A DNA stretch of 64,000 bases from Escherichia coli (GTDB lineage: Bacteria; Pseudomonadota; Gammaproteobacteria; Enterobacterales; Enterobacteriaceae), in assembly GCF_044324875.1 (NCBI RefSeq), contig NZ_CP172185.1; one strand, written 5' to 3'. Under the pieces are notes generated by a model. The model searched no databases. It was given only the letters and a program-made list of their open reading frames with translations, and had not been told where the DNA came from. Both the position numbers and the translations under genes were made by a program. Every line of letters begins with the position of its first letter. Positions within the stretch are counted from its first letter, which is position 1. Shown here piece by piece: positions 10,519 through 23,635 of this stretch.

Positions 10519-11598
10519 TCAATTAATTTCAAAATCCAAATCCAGGTCGTCTTCTTTTTCATCAGCCGAAGACCCATTTTTACGCGCCAGACTTTTCAGC
10601 ACGTTCACGCAGACTGCCGTCACAACCGCCCCGACAGCCACTGCTGCGATATAACCCAACTTACCTTCAACCACCGGCAGCACAATCAGACCACCCCAGC
10701 CTGCATAGCATTGCGCACCGACCAGCGCCGCAGTTACTGCACCACAAACTGAACCGACCATGATGGAAGGAATGACACGCAGCGGATCGGCTGCGGCGAA
10801 AGGAATCGCCCCTTCAGTAACGCCAACACACCCCATCACCAGCGCCGCTTTACCGGTTTCGCGCTCTTCTGCGGAGAAATTTTTACGACCAATCAGCGTC
10901 GCCAGCCCCATCCCCAGCGGCGGAACACAAATCCCCACGGCAGCAATGGCCACCACGGTATAAACACCCTGAGCAACGCAAATCAGCATGAAGGCATAGG
11001 CCACTTTGTTAACCGGACCGCCCATATCGAACGCCAGCATCAGACCCATGATCACCGCCAGCATAACAATGCTGCCCTGCTGCATCCCCTGAAGCCACTG
11101 AGTCAGGCTGTTGGTCAATGCCCCCACAGGCTCGCCCAGCCCCCACATCATGATGCCTGCGGTAATCAGTGTGCCGACGATCGGAATGATGAAGATTGGC
11201 ATCACCGAGCGCAGAACTTTATGCACCGGAATTTTCTTCAGGTAATGCACCACGATGCCGCCAATAATCCCGGCGATCAGCGCACCAAAGAAGCCCGCAC
11301 CAAAGCTGTTGCCGACCCAGGCACCGATAGCGCACGGGGCCAGCGCAGAGCGTTCTGCAATGGAATAACCAATGTAAGCAGCGAGGAAAGGCACCATCAG
11401 CGTCAAACCTGCAACGCCGATATCAAACAGTTTTTTCAGATTCGGATCGGCTACGGCATCCGGCACTGCGCCTTTGCCATACAACATGACGGAAACCGCC
11501 AGCAAAATACCGCCCGATACCACGAAGGGAATCATGTGTGAAACGCCCGTCATTAAGTGCTGACGGGTATTTTTCAGGATCTGCACCAACTCATTCAT
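10519..11598 (-). CDS. frwC: PTS fructose-like EIIC permease
   Basis: Internal ATG at 11598 gives 359 aa MNELVQILKNTRQHLMTGVSHMIPFVVSGGILL...; polytopic membrane protein; ORF-track start is TTG 7 codons upstream. Confidence 0.88.
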   Translation of the reverse strand: MNELVQILKNTRQHLMTGVSHMIPFVVSGGILLAVSVMLYGKGAVPDAVADPNLKKLFDIGVAGLTLMVPFLAAYIGYSIAERSALAPCAIGAWVGNSFGAGFFGALIAGIIGGIVVHYLKKIPVHKVLRSVMPIFIIPIVGTLITAGIMMWGLGEPVGALTNSLTQWLQGMQQGSIVMLAVIMGLMLAFDMGGPVNKVAYAFMLICVAQGVYTVVAIAAVGICVPPLGMGLATLIGRKNFSAEERETGKAALVMGCVGVTEGAIPFAAADPLRVIPSIMVGSVCGAVTAALVGAQCYAGWGGLIVLPVVEGKLGYIAAVAVGAVVTAVCVNVLKSLARKNGSSADEKEDDLDLDFEIN

Positions 11599-11906
11599 AA
11601 GCTGCTCCCGGGCTTGCAAAAGCCCATGTCCATATTTTTGATGGAGGAAACAATAGGCAATCGCAGGCGGAGCAAACAGTGGATAAAAAGGCCATTTACT
11701 GGACTTTTGTAATATCAGTACAAAAATGCGATCCGCCTCATAACTTGCGGCAACCCGGAAGCATGCCGCAAAACGGCGTCTTGTGAGACGCGTCGCAAAT
11801 TGACGGTTACATTACATTTGTCCAGCTTTTGGCAGATTTGTCACATGGCAGGCCGTTGCCGTGCGCTCTTATCCTGTAAACAGAAAACCGTACCGGGAGA
11901 GAGGCA

Positions 11907-14408
11907 ATGGCCCTGATTGTGGAATTTATTTGTGAGCTACCTAACGGCGTACATGCGCGCCCGGCAAGCCACGTTGAAACGCTGTGTAATACTTTTTCAT
12001 CACAAATTGAGTGGCATAACCTGCGCACTGACCGCAAGGGCAACGCCAAAAGCGCCCTTGCGCTGATTGGCACCGATACGCTGGTGGGCGATAACTGCCA
12101 GTTACTGATTTCCGGGGCCGACGAACAGGAAGCGCACCAGCGTTTAAGCCAATGGCTGCGCGATGAATTCCCCCACTGCGACGCACCGCTGGCGGAAGTA
12201 AAATCTGACGAACTGGAACCACTGCCGGTTTCACTGACCAATCTGAATCCGCGAATTATCCGCGCCCGCACCGTGTGCAGCGGTAGCGCAGGTGGCATTC
12301 TGACGCCGATCTCTTCTTTAGATCTCAATGCGCTGGGTAATCTTCCTGCTGCCAAAGGCGTTGACGCCGAGCAATCCGCGCTGGAAAACGGCCTGACACT
12401 GGTGATGAAAAACATTGAATTTCGTCTGCTGGATAGCGACGGTGCTACCAGCGCGATACTGGAAGCTCACCGATCCCTGGCTGGCGATACTTCTTTACGT
12501 CAGCACTTACTGGCAGGCGTCAGCGAGGGATTAAGCTGTGCCGAAGCGATTGTCGCCAGTGCACACCACTTCTGCGAAGAGTTCGCCCGTTCCAGCAGCA
12601 GCTACCTGCAAGAACGTGCCCTGGACGTACGCGACGTCTGCTTCCAGTTACTCCAGCAAATCTACGGTGAGCAACGCTTCCCGGCACCGGGCAAACTGAC
12701 GCAGCCCGCCATTTGTATGGCTGATGAACTGACCCCCAGCCAGTTCCTCGAACTGGATAAAAATCACCTCAAAGGATTGTTGCTCAAAAGCGGCGGCACC
12801 ACCTCACATACGGTGATCCTTGCCCGTTCGTTCAACATTCCGACGCTGGTTGGTGTGGATATTGATGCCCTCACTCCGTGGCAGCATCAAACGATTTATA
12901 TCGACGGCAACGCTGGGGCGATTGTGGTTGAGCCAGGGGAAGCCGTAGCTCGTTATTATCAGCAGGAAGCCCGCGTACAGGACGCCCTGCGTGAGCAACA
13001 GCGTGTCTGGCTGACCCAACAAGCCCGTACCGCTGACGGTATCCGCATTGAAATTGCCGCTAACATCGCTCACTCCGTGGAAGCGCAGGCCGCATTCGGC
13101 AATGGTGCGGAAGGCGTTGGTTTATTCCGCACTGAAATGCTCTATATGGATCGCACCAGTGCACCGGGCGAAAGCGAGCTGTACAACATTTTTTGCCAGG
13201 CGCTGGAGTCCGCCAACGGACGCAGCATTATTGTGCGCACTATGGATATTGGCGGTGACAAACCCGTTGATTATCTGAACATTCCCGCAGAGGCAAACCC
13301 GTTCCTCGGTTATCGCGCCGTGCGTATTTATGAAGAGTACGCGTCGTTATTTACCACACAACTACGGTCGATTCTCCGTGCCTCCGCTCACGGCAGCCTG
13401 AAAATCATGATCCCGATGATCTCCTCAATGGAAGAGATCTTATGGGTAAAAGAAAAACTGGCAGAAGCCAAACAGCAACTACGTAACGAACACATTCCGT
13501 TTGATGAGAAGATCCAGCTCGGCATTATGCTGGAAGTGCCGTCGGTGATGTTCATCATCGATCAATGCTGCGAAGAGATTGATTTCTTTAGTATCGGTAG
13601 TAATGACCTGACGCAATATCTGCTGGCAGTGGATCGCGATAACGCTAAGGTTACTCGTCACTATAACAGCCTGAATCCAGCATTCTTGCGGGCGCTCGAT
13701 TACGCCGTGCAGGCGGTGCATCGCCAGGGCAAATGGATTGGTCTGTGCGGTGAACTGGGAGCGAAAGGTTCCGTGCTGCCATTGCTGGTCGGTTTAGGGC
13801 TGGATGAGCTGAGCATGAGCGCACCGTCAATTCCGGCGGCGAAAGCGCGGATGGCGCAACTTGATAGCCGTGAGTGCCGCCAGTTGCTCAACCAGGCAAT
13901 GGCCTGCCGTACTTCGCTGGAAGTGGAACACCTGCTGGCGCAATTCCGCATGACCCAACAAGACGCACCGCTGGTCACCGCCGAGTGCATCACACTGGAA
14001 AGCGACTGGCGCAGCAAAGAAGAAGTGCTCAAAGGCATGACCGATAACCTGCTGCTGGCGGGCCGCTGCCGCTATCCGCGTAAACTGGAAGCCGACTTGT
14101 GGGCGCGCGAGGCCGTTTTCTCTACCGGTCTGGGCTTTAGTTTTGCCATTCCCCACAGCAAATCGGAACATATTGAGCAATCCACCATCAGCGTAGCGCG
14201 TCTGCAAGCGCCGGTGCGCTGGGGCGATGATGAAGCGCAATTCATCATTATGTTAACGCTGAACAAACACGCTGCGGGCGATCAGCACATGCGCATTTTC
14301 TCGCGCCTCGCTCGCCGCATCATGCACGAAGAATTCCGTAACGCGCTGGTTAACGCCGCCTCTGCCGACGCTATCGCCAGCCTGCTGCAACATGAACTGG
14401 AACTGTAA
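11907..14408 (+). CDS. ptsA: Multiphosphoryl transfer protein PtsA/FrwA (HPr-EI-EIIA fusion)
   Basis: 833-aa ORF, ATG 11907 with RBS gggagagagg; enzyme I-like core (…[21 protein letters not shown]…) flanked by HPr-like and EIIA-like ends. Confidence 0.93.
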   Translation: MALIVEFICELPNGVHARPASHVETLCNTFSSQIEWHNLRTDRKGNAKSALALIGTDTLVGDNCQLLISGADEQEAHQRLSQWLRDEFPHCDAPLAEVKSDELEPLPVSLTNLNPRIIRARTVCSGSAGGILTPISSLDLNALGNLPAAKGVDAEQSALENGLTLVMKNIEFRLLDSDGATSAILEAHRSLAGDTSLRQHLLAGVSEGLSCAEAIVASAHHFCEEFARSSSSYLQERALDVRDVCFQLLQQIYGEQRFPAPGKLTQPAICMADELTPSQFLELDKNHLKGLLLKSGGTTSHTVILARSFNIPTLVGVDIDALTPWQHQTIYIDGNAGAIVVEPGEAVARYYQQEARVQDALREQQRVWLTQQARTADGIRIEIAANIAHSVEAQAAFGNGAEGVGLFRTEMLYMDRTSAPGESELYNIFCQALESANGRSIIVRTMDIGGDKPVDYLNIPAEANPFLGYRAVRIYEEYASLFTTQLRSILRASAHGSLKIMIPMISSMEEILWVKEKLAEAKQQLRNEHIPFDEKIQLGIMLEVPSVMFIIDQCCEEIDFFSIGSNDLTQYLLAVDRDNAKVTRHYNSLNPAFLRALDYAVQAVHRQGKWIGLCGELGAKGSVLPLLVGLGLDELSMSAPSIPAAKARMAQLDSRECRQLLNQAMACRTSLEVEHLLAQFRMTQQDAPLVTAECITLESDWRSKEEVLKGMTDNLLLAGRCRYPRKLEADLWAREAVFSTGLGFSFAIPHSKSEHIEQSTISVARLQAPVRWGDDEAQFIIMLTLNKHAAGDQHMRIFSRLARRIMHEEFRNALVNAASADAIASLLQHELEL

Positions 14409-14419
14409 AAGGAAACATC

Positions 14420-15082
14420 ATGGAACTGTATCTGGACACCGCTAACGTCGCAGAAGTCGAACGTCTGGCACGCATATTCCCGATTGCCGGGGTGACAACT
14501 AACCCGAGCATTATCGCTGCCAGCAAGGAGTCCATATGGGAAGTGCTACCGCGTCTGCAAAAAGCGATTGGTGATGAGGGCATTCTGTTTGCTCAGACCA
14601 TGAGCCGCGACGCGCAGGGGATGGTGGAAGAAGCGAAGCGCCTGCGCGACGCCATTCCGGGTATTGTGGTGAAAATCCCGGTGACTTCCGAAGGTCTGGC
14701 AGCAATTAAAATACTGAAAAAAGAGGGTATTACTACACTTGGCACCGCTGTATATAGCGCCGCACAAGGGTTATTAGCCGCACTGGCAGGGGCAAAATAC
14801 GTTGCTCCGTATGTTAACCGCGTAGATGCCCAGGGCGGAGACGGCATTCGTACGGTTCAGGAGCTGCAAGCGCTGTTAGAAATGCACGCACCAGAAAGCA
14901 TGGTGCTGGCGGCCAGCTTTAAAACGCCGCGTCAGGCGCTGGACTGTTTACTGGCAGGATGTGAATCCATCACCCTGCCCTTAGATGTAGCGCAACAAAT
15001 GCTCAACACCCCTGCGGTAGAGTCAGCTATAGAGAAGTTCGAACACGACTGGAATGCCGCATTTGGCACTACTCATCTCTAA
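14420..15082 (+). CDS. fsaB: Fructose-6-phosphate aldolase 2
   Basis: 220-aa [40 protein letters not shown]...; transaldolase-like fold family. Confidence 0.93.
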   Translation: MELYLDTANVAEVERLARIFPIAGVTTNPSIIAASKESIWEVLPRLQKAIGDEGILFAQTMSRDAQGMVEEAKRLRDAIPGIVVKIPVTSEGLAAIKILKKEGITTLGTAVYSAAQGLLAALAGAKYVAPYVNRVDAQGGDGIRTVQELQALLEMHAPESMVLAASFKTPRQALDCLLAGCESITLPLDVAQQMLNTPAVESAIEKFEHDWNAAFGTTHL

Positions 15083-15092
15083 AGGAGCAATT

Positions 15093-16196
15093 ATGGACCG
15101 TATTATTCAATCACCGGGTAAATACATCCAGGGCGCTGATGTGATTAATCGTCTGGGCGAATACCTGAAGCCGCTGGCAGAACGCTGGTTAGTGGTGGGT
15201 GACAAATTTGTTTTAGGTTTTGCTCAATCCACTGTCGAGAAAAGCTTTAAAGATGCTGGACTGGTAGTAGAAATTGCGCCGTTTGGCGGTGAATGTTCGC
15301 AAAATGAGATCGACCGTCTGCGTGGCATCGCGGAGACTGCGCAGTGTGGCGCAATTCTCGGTATCGGTGGCGGAAAAACTCTCGATACTGCCAAAGCACT
15401 GGCACATTTCATGGGTGTTCCGGTAGCGATCGCACCGACTATCGCCTCTACCGACGCACCGTGCAGCGCATTGTCTGTTATCTACACCGATGATGGTGAA
15501 TTTGACCGCTATCTGATGTTGCCAAATAACCCGAATATGGTCATTGTCGACACCAAAATCGTCGCTGGCGCACCTGCACGTCTGTTAGCGGCGGGTATCG
15601 GCGATGCGCTGGCAACCTGGTTTGAAGCACGCGCCTGTTCCCGTAGCGGCGCTACCACTATGGCGGGCGGCAAGTGTACCCAGGCGGCGCTGGCACTGGC
15701 AGAACTGTGCTACAACACTCTGCTGGAAGAAGGCGAAAAAGCGATGCTTGCCGCCGAACAGCATGTAGTGACTCCGGCGCTGGAGCGCGTGATTGAAGCG
15801 AACACCTATTTGAGCGGCGTTGGTTTTGAAAGCGGCGGGCTGGCGGCGGCTCACGCGGTGCATAACGGCCTGACCGCTATCCCGGACGCGCATCACTATT
15901 ACCACGGTGAAAAAGTGGCATTTGGTACGCTGACGCAGCTGGTTCTGGAAAATGCGCCGGTGGAGGAAATCGAAACCGTAGCTGCACTTAGCTATGCGGT
16001 AGGTTTGCCAATAACTCTCGCTCAACTGGATATTAAAGAAGATGTCCCGGCGAAAATGCGAATTGTGGCAGAAGCGGCATGTGCAGAAGGTGAAACCATC
16101 CACAACATGCCTGGCGGCGCGACGCCAGATCAGGTTTACGCTGCACTGCTGGTAGCCGACCAGTACGGTCAGCGTTTCCTGCAAGAGTGGGAATAA
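15093..16196 (+). CDS. gldA: Glycerol dehydrogenase
   Basis: ATG 15093 preceded by RBS aaaggag (15081-15087) gives 367 aa [26 protein letters not shown]...; ORF-track start 15054 is an extension overlapping fsaB. Confidence 0.94.
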   Translation: MDRIIQSPGKYIQGADVINRLGEYLKPLAERWLVVGDKFVLGFAQSTVEKSFKDAGLVVEIAPFGGECSQNEIDRLRGIAETAQCGAILGIGGGKTLDTAKALAHFMGVPVAIAPTIASTDAPCSALSVIYTDDGEFDRYLMLPNNPNMVIVDTKIVAGAPARLLAAGIGDALATWFEARACSRSGATTMAGGKCTQAALALAELCYNTLLEEGEKAMLAAEQHVVTPALERVIEANTYLSGVGFESGGLAAAHAVHNGLTAIPDAHHYYHGEKVAFGTLTQLVLENAPVEEIETVAALSYAVGLPITLAQLDIKEDVPAKMRIVAEAACAEGETIHNMPGGATPDQVYAALLVADQYGQRFLQEWE

Positions 16197-16270
16197 CCTA
16201 CTCCAAACTCCCGGCTTGTCCGGGAGTTTGAGAGTGCAGGCAAAGTGGCTCACTCGTCACTGCGGGCATG

Positions 16271-16380
16271 TTTTTCCCCCTCGCCCTTTCAGGGAGAGGG
16301 TCGGGATGAGGGTAAATATTCGCCCCGGAGCTGGCCTGTTCCCCTCACCCTAACCCTCTCCCCAAAGGGGAGAGGGGACT
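16271..16380. repeat. GC-rich palindromic intergenic repeat, two inverted copies
   Basis: 16271-16315 (ttttccccctcgccctttcagggagagggtcgggatgagggtaaa) and 16340-16380 (cccctcaccctaaccctctccccaaaggggagagggg) in opposite orientations; same family as 726-776 and 54770-54897. Confidence 0.75.
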
Positions 16381-16526
16381 GTTCGAGCACTTTTTATACG
16401 TTATCACCCGTCTGAAACTCCCACGTTGTTCAGGAATTTTTTATCCGCTTCTGGACATTTTCTCTACAGAACAATCGTTAGCCCGGAAGGTCGAATCTGT
16501 GACTCTTATTTTCACGGACGAACCAG

Positions 16527-17144
16527 ATGAAAGCTTCACTGGTGCTGGTCAGCCTGCTAACGGCGTTTACCAGCCACTCCTTAAAATCTCCCGCCGTTCC
16601 ACCAACCGTGGTACAAATCCAGGCCAACACCAACCTTGCCATCGCAGACGGTGCCAGACAGCAAATCGGCAGCACGCTATTTTACGATCCGGCGTATGTG
16701 CAGCTTACCTATCCTGGCGGTGATGTCCCGCAAGAACGCGGCGTATGTTCCGATGTGGTGATCCGCGCCTTGCGCAGCCAGAAGGTCGATTTGCAGAAAC
16801 TGGTTCACGAAGATATGGCGAAGAATTTTGCTGAGTACCCGCAAAAATGGCAGTTAAAGCGCCCGGACAGCAACATCGATCACCGTCGGGTGCCTAATCT
16901 GGAAACCTGGTTTAGCCGCCACGATAAAACACGCCCCACCAGCAAGAACCCCGGTGATTATCAAGCGGGCGATATTGTCTCCTGGCGATTAGATAACGGG
17001 CTGGCGCATATTGGGGTGGTTTCAGATGGCTTCGCCCGCGACGGTACGCCGCTGGTGATACATAACATTGGCGCAGGCGCGCAGGAAGAAGACGTGCTGT
17101 TTAGCTGGCGGATGGTGGGGCACTATCGGTATTTTGTTAAATAA
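16527..17144 (+). CDS. yijF: Putative lipoprotein/exported protein YijF (DUF1287 family as I recall)
   Basis: 205-aa ORF with N-terminal signal-like segment MKASLVLVSLLTAFTSHSL...; position matches K-12 order. Confidence 0.85.
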   Translation: MKASLVLVSLLTAFTSHSLKSPAVPPTVVQIQANTNLAIADGARQQIGSTLFYDPAYVQLTYPGGDVPQERGVCSDVVIRALRSQKVDLQKLVHEDMAKNFAEYPQKWQLKRPDSNIDHRRVPNLETWFSRHDKTRPTSKNPGDYQAGDIVSWRLDNGLAHIGVVSDGFARDGTPLVIHNIGAGAQEEDVLFSWRMVGHYRYFVK

Positions 17145-17170
17145 GCGATCGCCCCACATGAAGAAAAAAT

Positions 17171-18076
17171 TCAGATGTTTTTTACACTGACAGCTTCTTT
17201 TTTCTTACGGCTCACCAGCGCCAGTGCCAGCACAATCAGCACAATACCGCTACCTTCAACGGCCCCCGGATTCTCACCGAGCAGCCACCAGGAAAAGAGT
17301 ACGCCGCAAACGGGAACGGCCAGTGTGCTTAAGCTGGCAATACTGGCAGGCAAGTTTTTCAATACAAACAACCATAAGCTCCACGCCAGCGCCGTCGCCA
17401 GAATCGCACTGTAGGCCAGCGCCCAGAACACGGTGGGCTGCCAGTCAATTTCACGTTGCGGCACCAGTAAAGCGACCACACTCATCACCATCGCCGCATA
17501 AAGCATCTGCCAGGATGTTAACGACAATAAATCCACGCGTGGATGGCGGGCGTATAGGCGTTTCGCGACAATCGCGCTCGCCCCCCAACTAACACCGGAG
17601 AGGATTGCCAGCATGGCACTTTTCATCGAAGAGAAATCGAGCTGCCACGGTTGTAACACCAGCAGTAAGCCAACGGCGGCAATCAGAATCGCAAAATATT
17701 GCCCACGTCGCAGGCGTTCACCGAGAAACAACGCGGCGAAAATCACCACCCAGAACGGCATGGTATAGCTCAGGATCGCCACCTTCCCCGCTCCGCCGCT
17801 GACCAGCGCCCACTGCGCCAGGCCAACCATCCCACAGGTTTGTAACAGGGCAATGGCTAAGGTGTATTTAAACGGCGTCAGGCGCATTCCGCGACCACGT
17901 AATAAAAGGACGATGAATAAAACGAGAGCGCCGAAAATGCAGCGTAAGGCGGTAAAGTCGAAGGCACCGATGTAGCTGGTGACTTGCTTCATGAAAATCC
18001 AGCTATAACTCCAGATAAGTGTGAGCACAACCAGGCCACTGATTGCCAGTGGGTTGCTCTTTCCTGCGGCAGACAT
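17171..18076 (-). CDS. yijE: EamA/DMT-family inner membrane transporter YijE
   Basis: Internal ATG at 18076 gives 301 aa [28 protein letters not shown]...; ~10 hydrophobic helices. Confidence 0.85.
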   Translation of the reverse strand: MSAAGKSNPLAISGLVVLTLIWSYSWIFMKQVTSYIGAFDFTALRCIFGALVLFIVLLLRGRGMRLTPFKYTLAIALLQTCGMVGLAQWALVSGGAGKVAILSYTMPFWVVIFAALFLGERLRRGQYFAILIAAVGLLLVLQPWQLDFSSMKSAMLAILSGVSWGASAIVAKRLYARHPRVDLLSLTSWQMLYAAMVMSVVALLVPQREIDWQPTVFWALAYSAILATALAWSLWLFVLKNLPASIASLSTLAVPVCGVLFSWWLLGENPGAVEGSGIVLIVLALALVSRKKKEAVSVKNI

Positions 18077-18168
18077 GAGAGATCCAGTGTGTAGTTTTCC
18101 TGTGGACACTATACGCCGGTAAAGAAACTTCAGCGACTGCCATCAGGCAGTCGCTGAAGAAGGTCAGA

Positions 18169-20403
<2,235 letters not shown>

Positions 20404-20677
20404 TTATAATTGAATTAATCCACGGATGCGATAGTTGAGATCTTACATATTGTTGGTTAAAGAGATGTAGATCAAATTGATCGTAATTAAGCTTTTTTGA
20501 TTATGTCCGAATTCGGATAAATGCTTTATAAAAAAGGGTTTTAGCTTCATATCCTTCAAGTAATGAGGGAGAAAACAAGGCTGACAACCTTATTTTCCCG
20601 CCCTCATTTCGAGGCAGCATTTTGTGCTCTGTTTAAAATTTGTGATCACTGTGTGATTTTCACAAAAGCCACACTAT

Positions 20678-21571
<894 letters not shown>

Positions 21572-21625
21572 TTACCTCATCAATCGCTTGTCGTTATATG
21601 TTGTGTTGTGAACATCTATCCATTT

Positions 21626-21649
21626 AGACGTCCAGATGTAAAGATGAAG
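21626..21649. promoter_or_regulatory. Tandem MetJ boxes (metF operator)
   Basis: Three tandem 8-mers agacgtcc/agatgtaa/agatgaag resembling the met-box consensus AGACGTCT, ~60-80 nt upstream of metF ATG. Confidence 0.6.
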
Positions 21650-21852
21650 GAAAAGCCGAGGGGCGTCAACCGAAAAATGACCAATGATGGTGAGGAAAAA
21701 TCAGGGAAGTTGAAAAAAACTCATCTTAATTAGAGGCGATAAAAGATTTCTCTATAGAGCAATCCACCTCGCACGTTTTGACTGATATTCTGACAACACA
21801 GCGACACCTGGGCTTATTCGAAAAACAACGTCCTGCCACCGGATGGTGATGC

Positions 21853-21889
21853 TAAGGCATCTGATTCGGCCTGCGCCCTCGCGTAGGCC
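21853..21889. repeat. REP-like palindrome downstream of the nucleotidase-like gene
   Basis: gattcggcctgcgccctcgcgtaggccgaatac: 8-bp inverted arms attcggcc/ggccgaat. Confidence 0.5.
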
Positions 21890-21949
21890 GAATACTGGAT
21901 CTGCAAAATCAACTGGTAACAAACAGATGAATCAACTCAATACGTACTT

Positions 21950-23503
21950 TTACTTGATATCTTTCACGCGCATACCGTTGATCTGTTCATCCGTGATGGT
22001 GTTACCCGCTTTGAAGTAATCAACCACGGCGTGATAAACGTAATAACCGCCCGTTGTGTTACGCGCTTTCCCTTCGGTAAAGGCGGTAAAACCATCTCCA
22101 CCATCAGCAAGGAAACTCTGAGTAGCAATGTGGTAAATCGTCGCATCTTCAATGGGTTTGCCATTCAGAGTCAGTGTGATTACCCGCTGACCAACCGGTT
22201 TGCTGCTGTCGTACTTCATTTCCAGGCCTTTCGATACCTGTAAAACGCCATTACTTAAACTTGCGCCGTGTTCCATCAAACTGCGTAATTGTTTACCTGT
22301 GAGATCCATCGTCACCAGTTCATTGGGGAACGGGAAGGTACTGATGACGCCGCCCATCGTAATCGCCCCTGCGGGGATCTCATTGCGAATGCCGCCAGAG
22401 TTGGTTAACGCCAATTGGGTGTTTTTACCCGCCGCTACCAGTAAAGCATCAGCCGCCAGGTTCCCGAGGGAAGCCGATTCACCATAGGCACGTTTTAATT
22501 CAACCGGCGATTTCGCGACCGTTTGTTGCACCACTTCATCAAGCTTTTTATTCCAGCCGTCGATCACCTGTTTCGTTTGCGGATCGGGCTTCCACTCATC
22601 GGCGTAAATGGTTTTAAGCTCGAAGTTTTTCACCGTAAAATCATGCGGCTTCTCTTTGTAGTCGAGGACCAGTTTGCCCACATCAATCCCGCCGCTGTCA
22701 GTGGAGAGGATGAGCGTATTGCCGACTTTAATCGGTTCCGGCGTACCCACATGTGCATGTCCGGTGATCAAAATATCCAGCCCTTTCACCTGACTTGCCG
22801 TCTGAATATCTTTATCCAACGCGCGACGCACATCGGTCCCTCCCATACTGGACTGGCGGGCCGGAACACCTTCGTGGATCAGGGCGACGGTCAAATCAAC
22901 CTTGCCTTTGAGTTCATCGATATAACGTTGTAGCCATTTAATTTCATCACGCGCCTCAATACCCACTCGCGTTGCCGCAGATACCGTGTCATTAAAGGCA
23001 AATACACCGTGCAAACCTATAACGCCTATTTTCACACCGTCTTTTTCGATGATGGTATAGGGCTTATCCCAGAATGATTTACTGCTGTTCTGATAAAAAA
23101 CATTGCCCTGCACAATCGGGAATTTTGCCTGACTCAACTGTAATAATGTGTTGTCCCAGCCGTGGTCAAATTCATGGTTGCCTATCGTGACGGCATCAAA
23201 CGGCATAGTATTCATAATATCGATAATAGCCTTACCTTTGGTCAGGCTGCTGATATAGGGCCAGGTAAAATAGTCGCCCGCATCAAAAAACCATGTCGCT
23301 TTATTTTTTGCTTTTTCTTGCTTAACCAGCGTAGTGATATTTGCCCAGCCGCCAATATCCCGTTTACCGTCAGCGATCCACGGCACTTTATAAGGCTCGA
23401 CATGTGCATGGAGGTCGTTGGTATAAATGATGGTGACATCTTTAGCGCAAGCCCAGAATGGCAGTGTTAATGCGATACCCGCAGCAAGTATTTTAATTTT
23501 CAT
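21950..23503 (-). CDS. Secreted calcineurin-type metallophosphoesterase / 5'-nucleotidase-family protein (UshA/CpdB-like)
   Basis: 517-aa ORF; N-terminal signal peptide [20 protein letters not shown]; metallophosphatase motifs in order DxH (NDLHAH), GD (DAGDYF), GNHE (GNHEFD), GH.H (ITGHAHV); C-terminal half consistent with 5'-nucleotidase substrate domain; RBS aaaggga upstream. Confidence 0.8.
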   Translation of the reverse strand: MKIKILAAGIALTLPFWACAKDVTIIYTNDLHAHVEPYKVPWIADGKRDIGGWANITTLVKQEKAKNKATWFFDAGDYFTWPYISSLTKGKAIIDIMNTMPFDAVTIGNHEFDHGWDNTLLQLSQAKFPIVQGNVFYQNSSKSFWDKPYTIIEKDGVKIGVIGLHGVFAFNDTVSAATRVGIEARDEIKWLQRYIDELKGKVDLTVALIHEGVPARQSSMGGTDVRRALDKDIQTASQVKGLDILITGHAHVGTPEPIKVGNTLILSTDSGGIDVGKLVLDYKEKPHDFTVKNFELKTIYADEWKPDPQTKQVIDGWNKKLDEVVQQTVAKSPVELKRAYGESASLGNLAADALLVAAGKNTQLALTNSGGIRNEIPAGAITMGGVISTFPFPNELVTMDLTGKQLRSLMEHGASLSNGVLQVSKGLEMKYDSSKPVGQRVITLTLNGKPIEDATIYHIATQSFLADGGDGFTAFTEGKARNTTGGYYVYHAVVDYFKAGNTITDEQINGMRVKDIK

Positions 23504-23635
23504 AAACAGTCCCTTTCAGTGAGATAAAGGATTGCTACATTACGTTCTGAAAGAGTTATTTATGTGAGAGTAATCACATCCACAGGGGAGCGTTGCCGGA
23601 CAAAATCAACGACCATGTGAAATCGTTGGTGATAT

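Noticed and set aside
16499-16723. 74-aa plus-strand ORF overlapping the yijF start region in another frame
   Set aside because: Overlaps the well-supported yijF frame, has an Arg/Gln/Pro-rich composition and no independent start context
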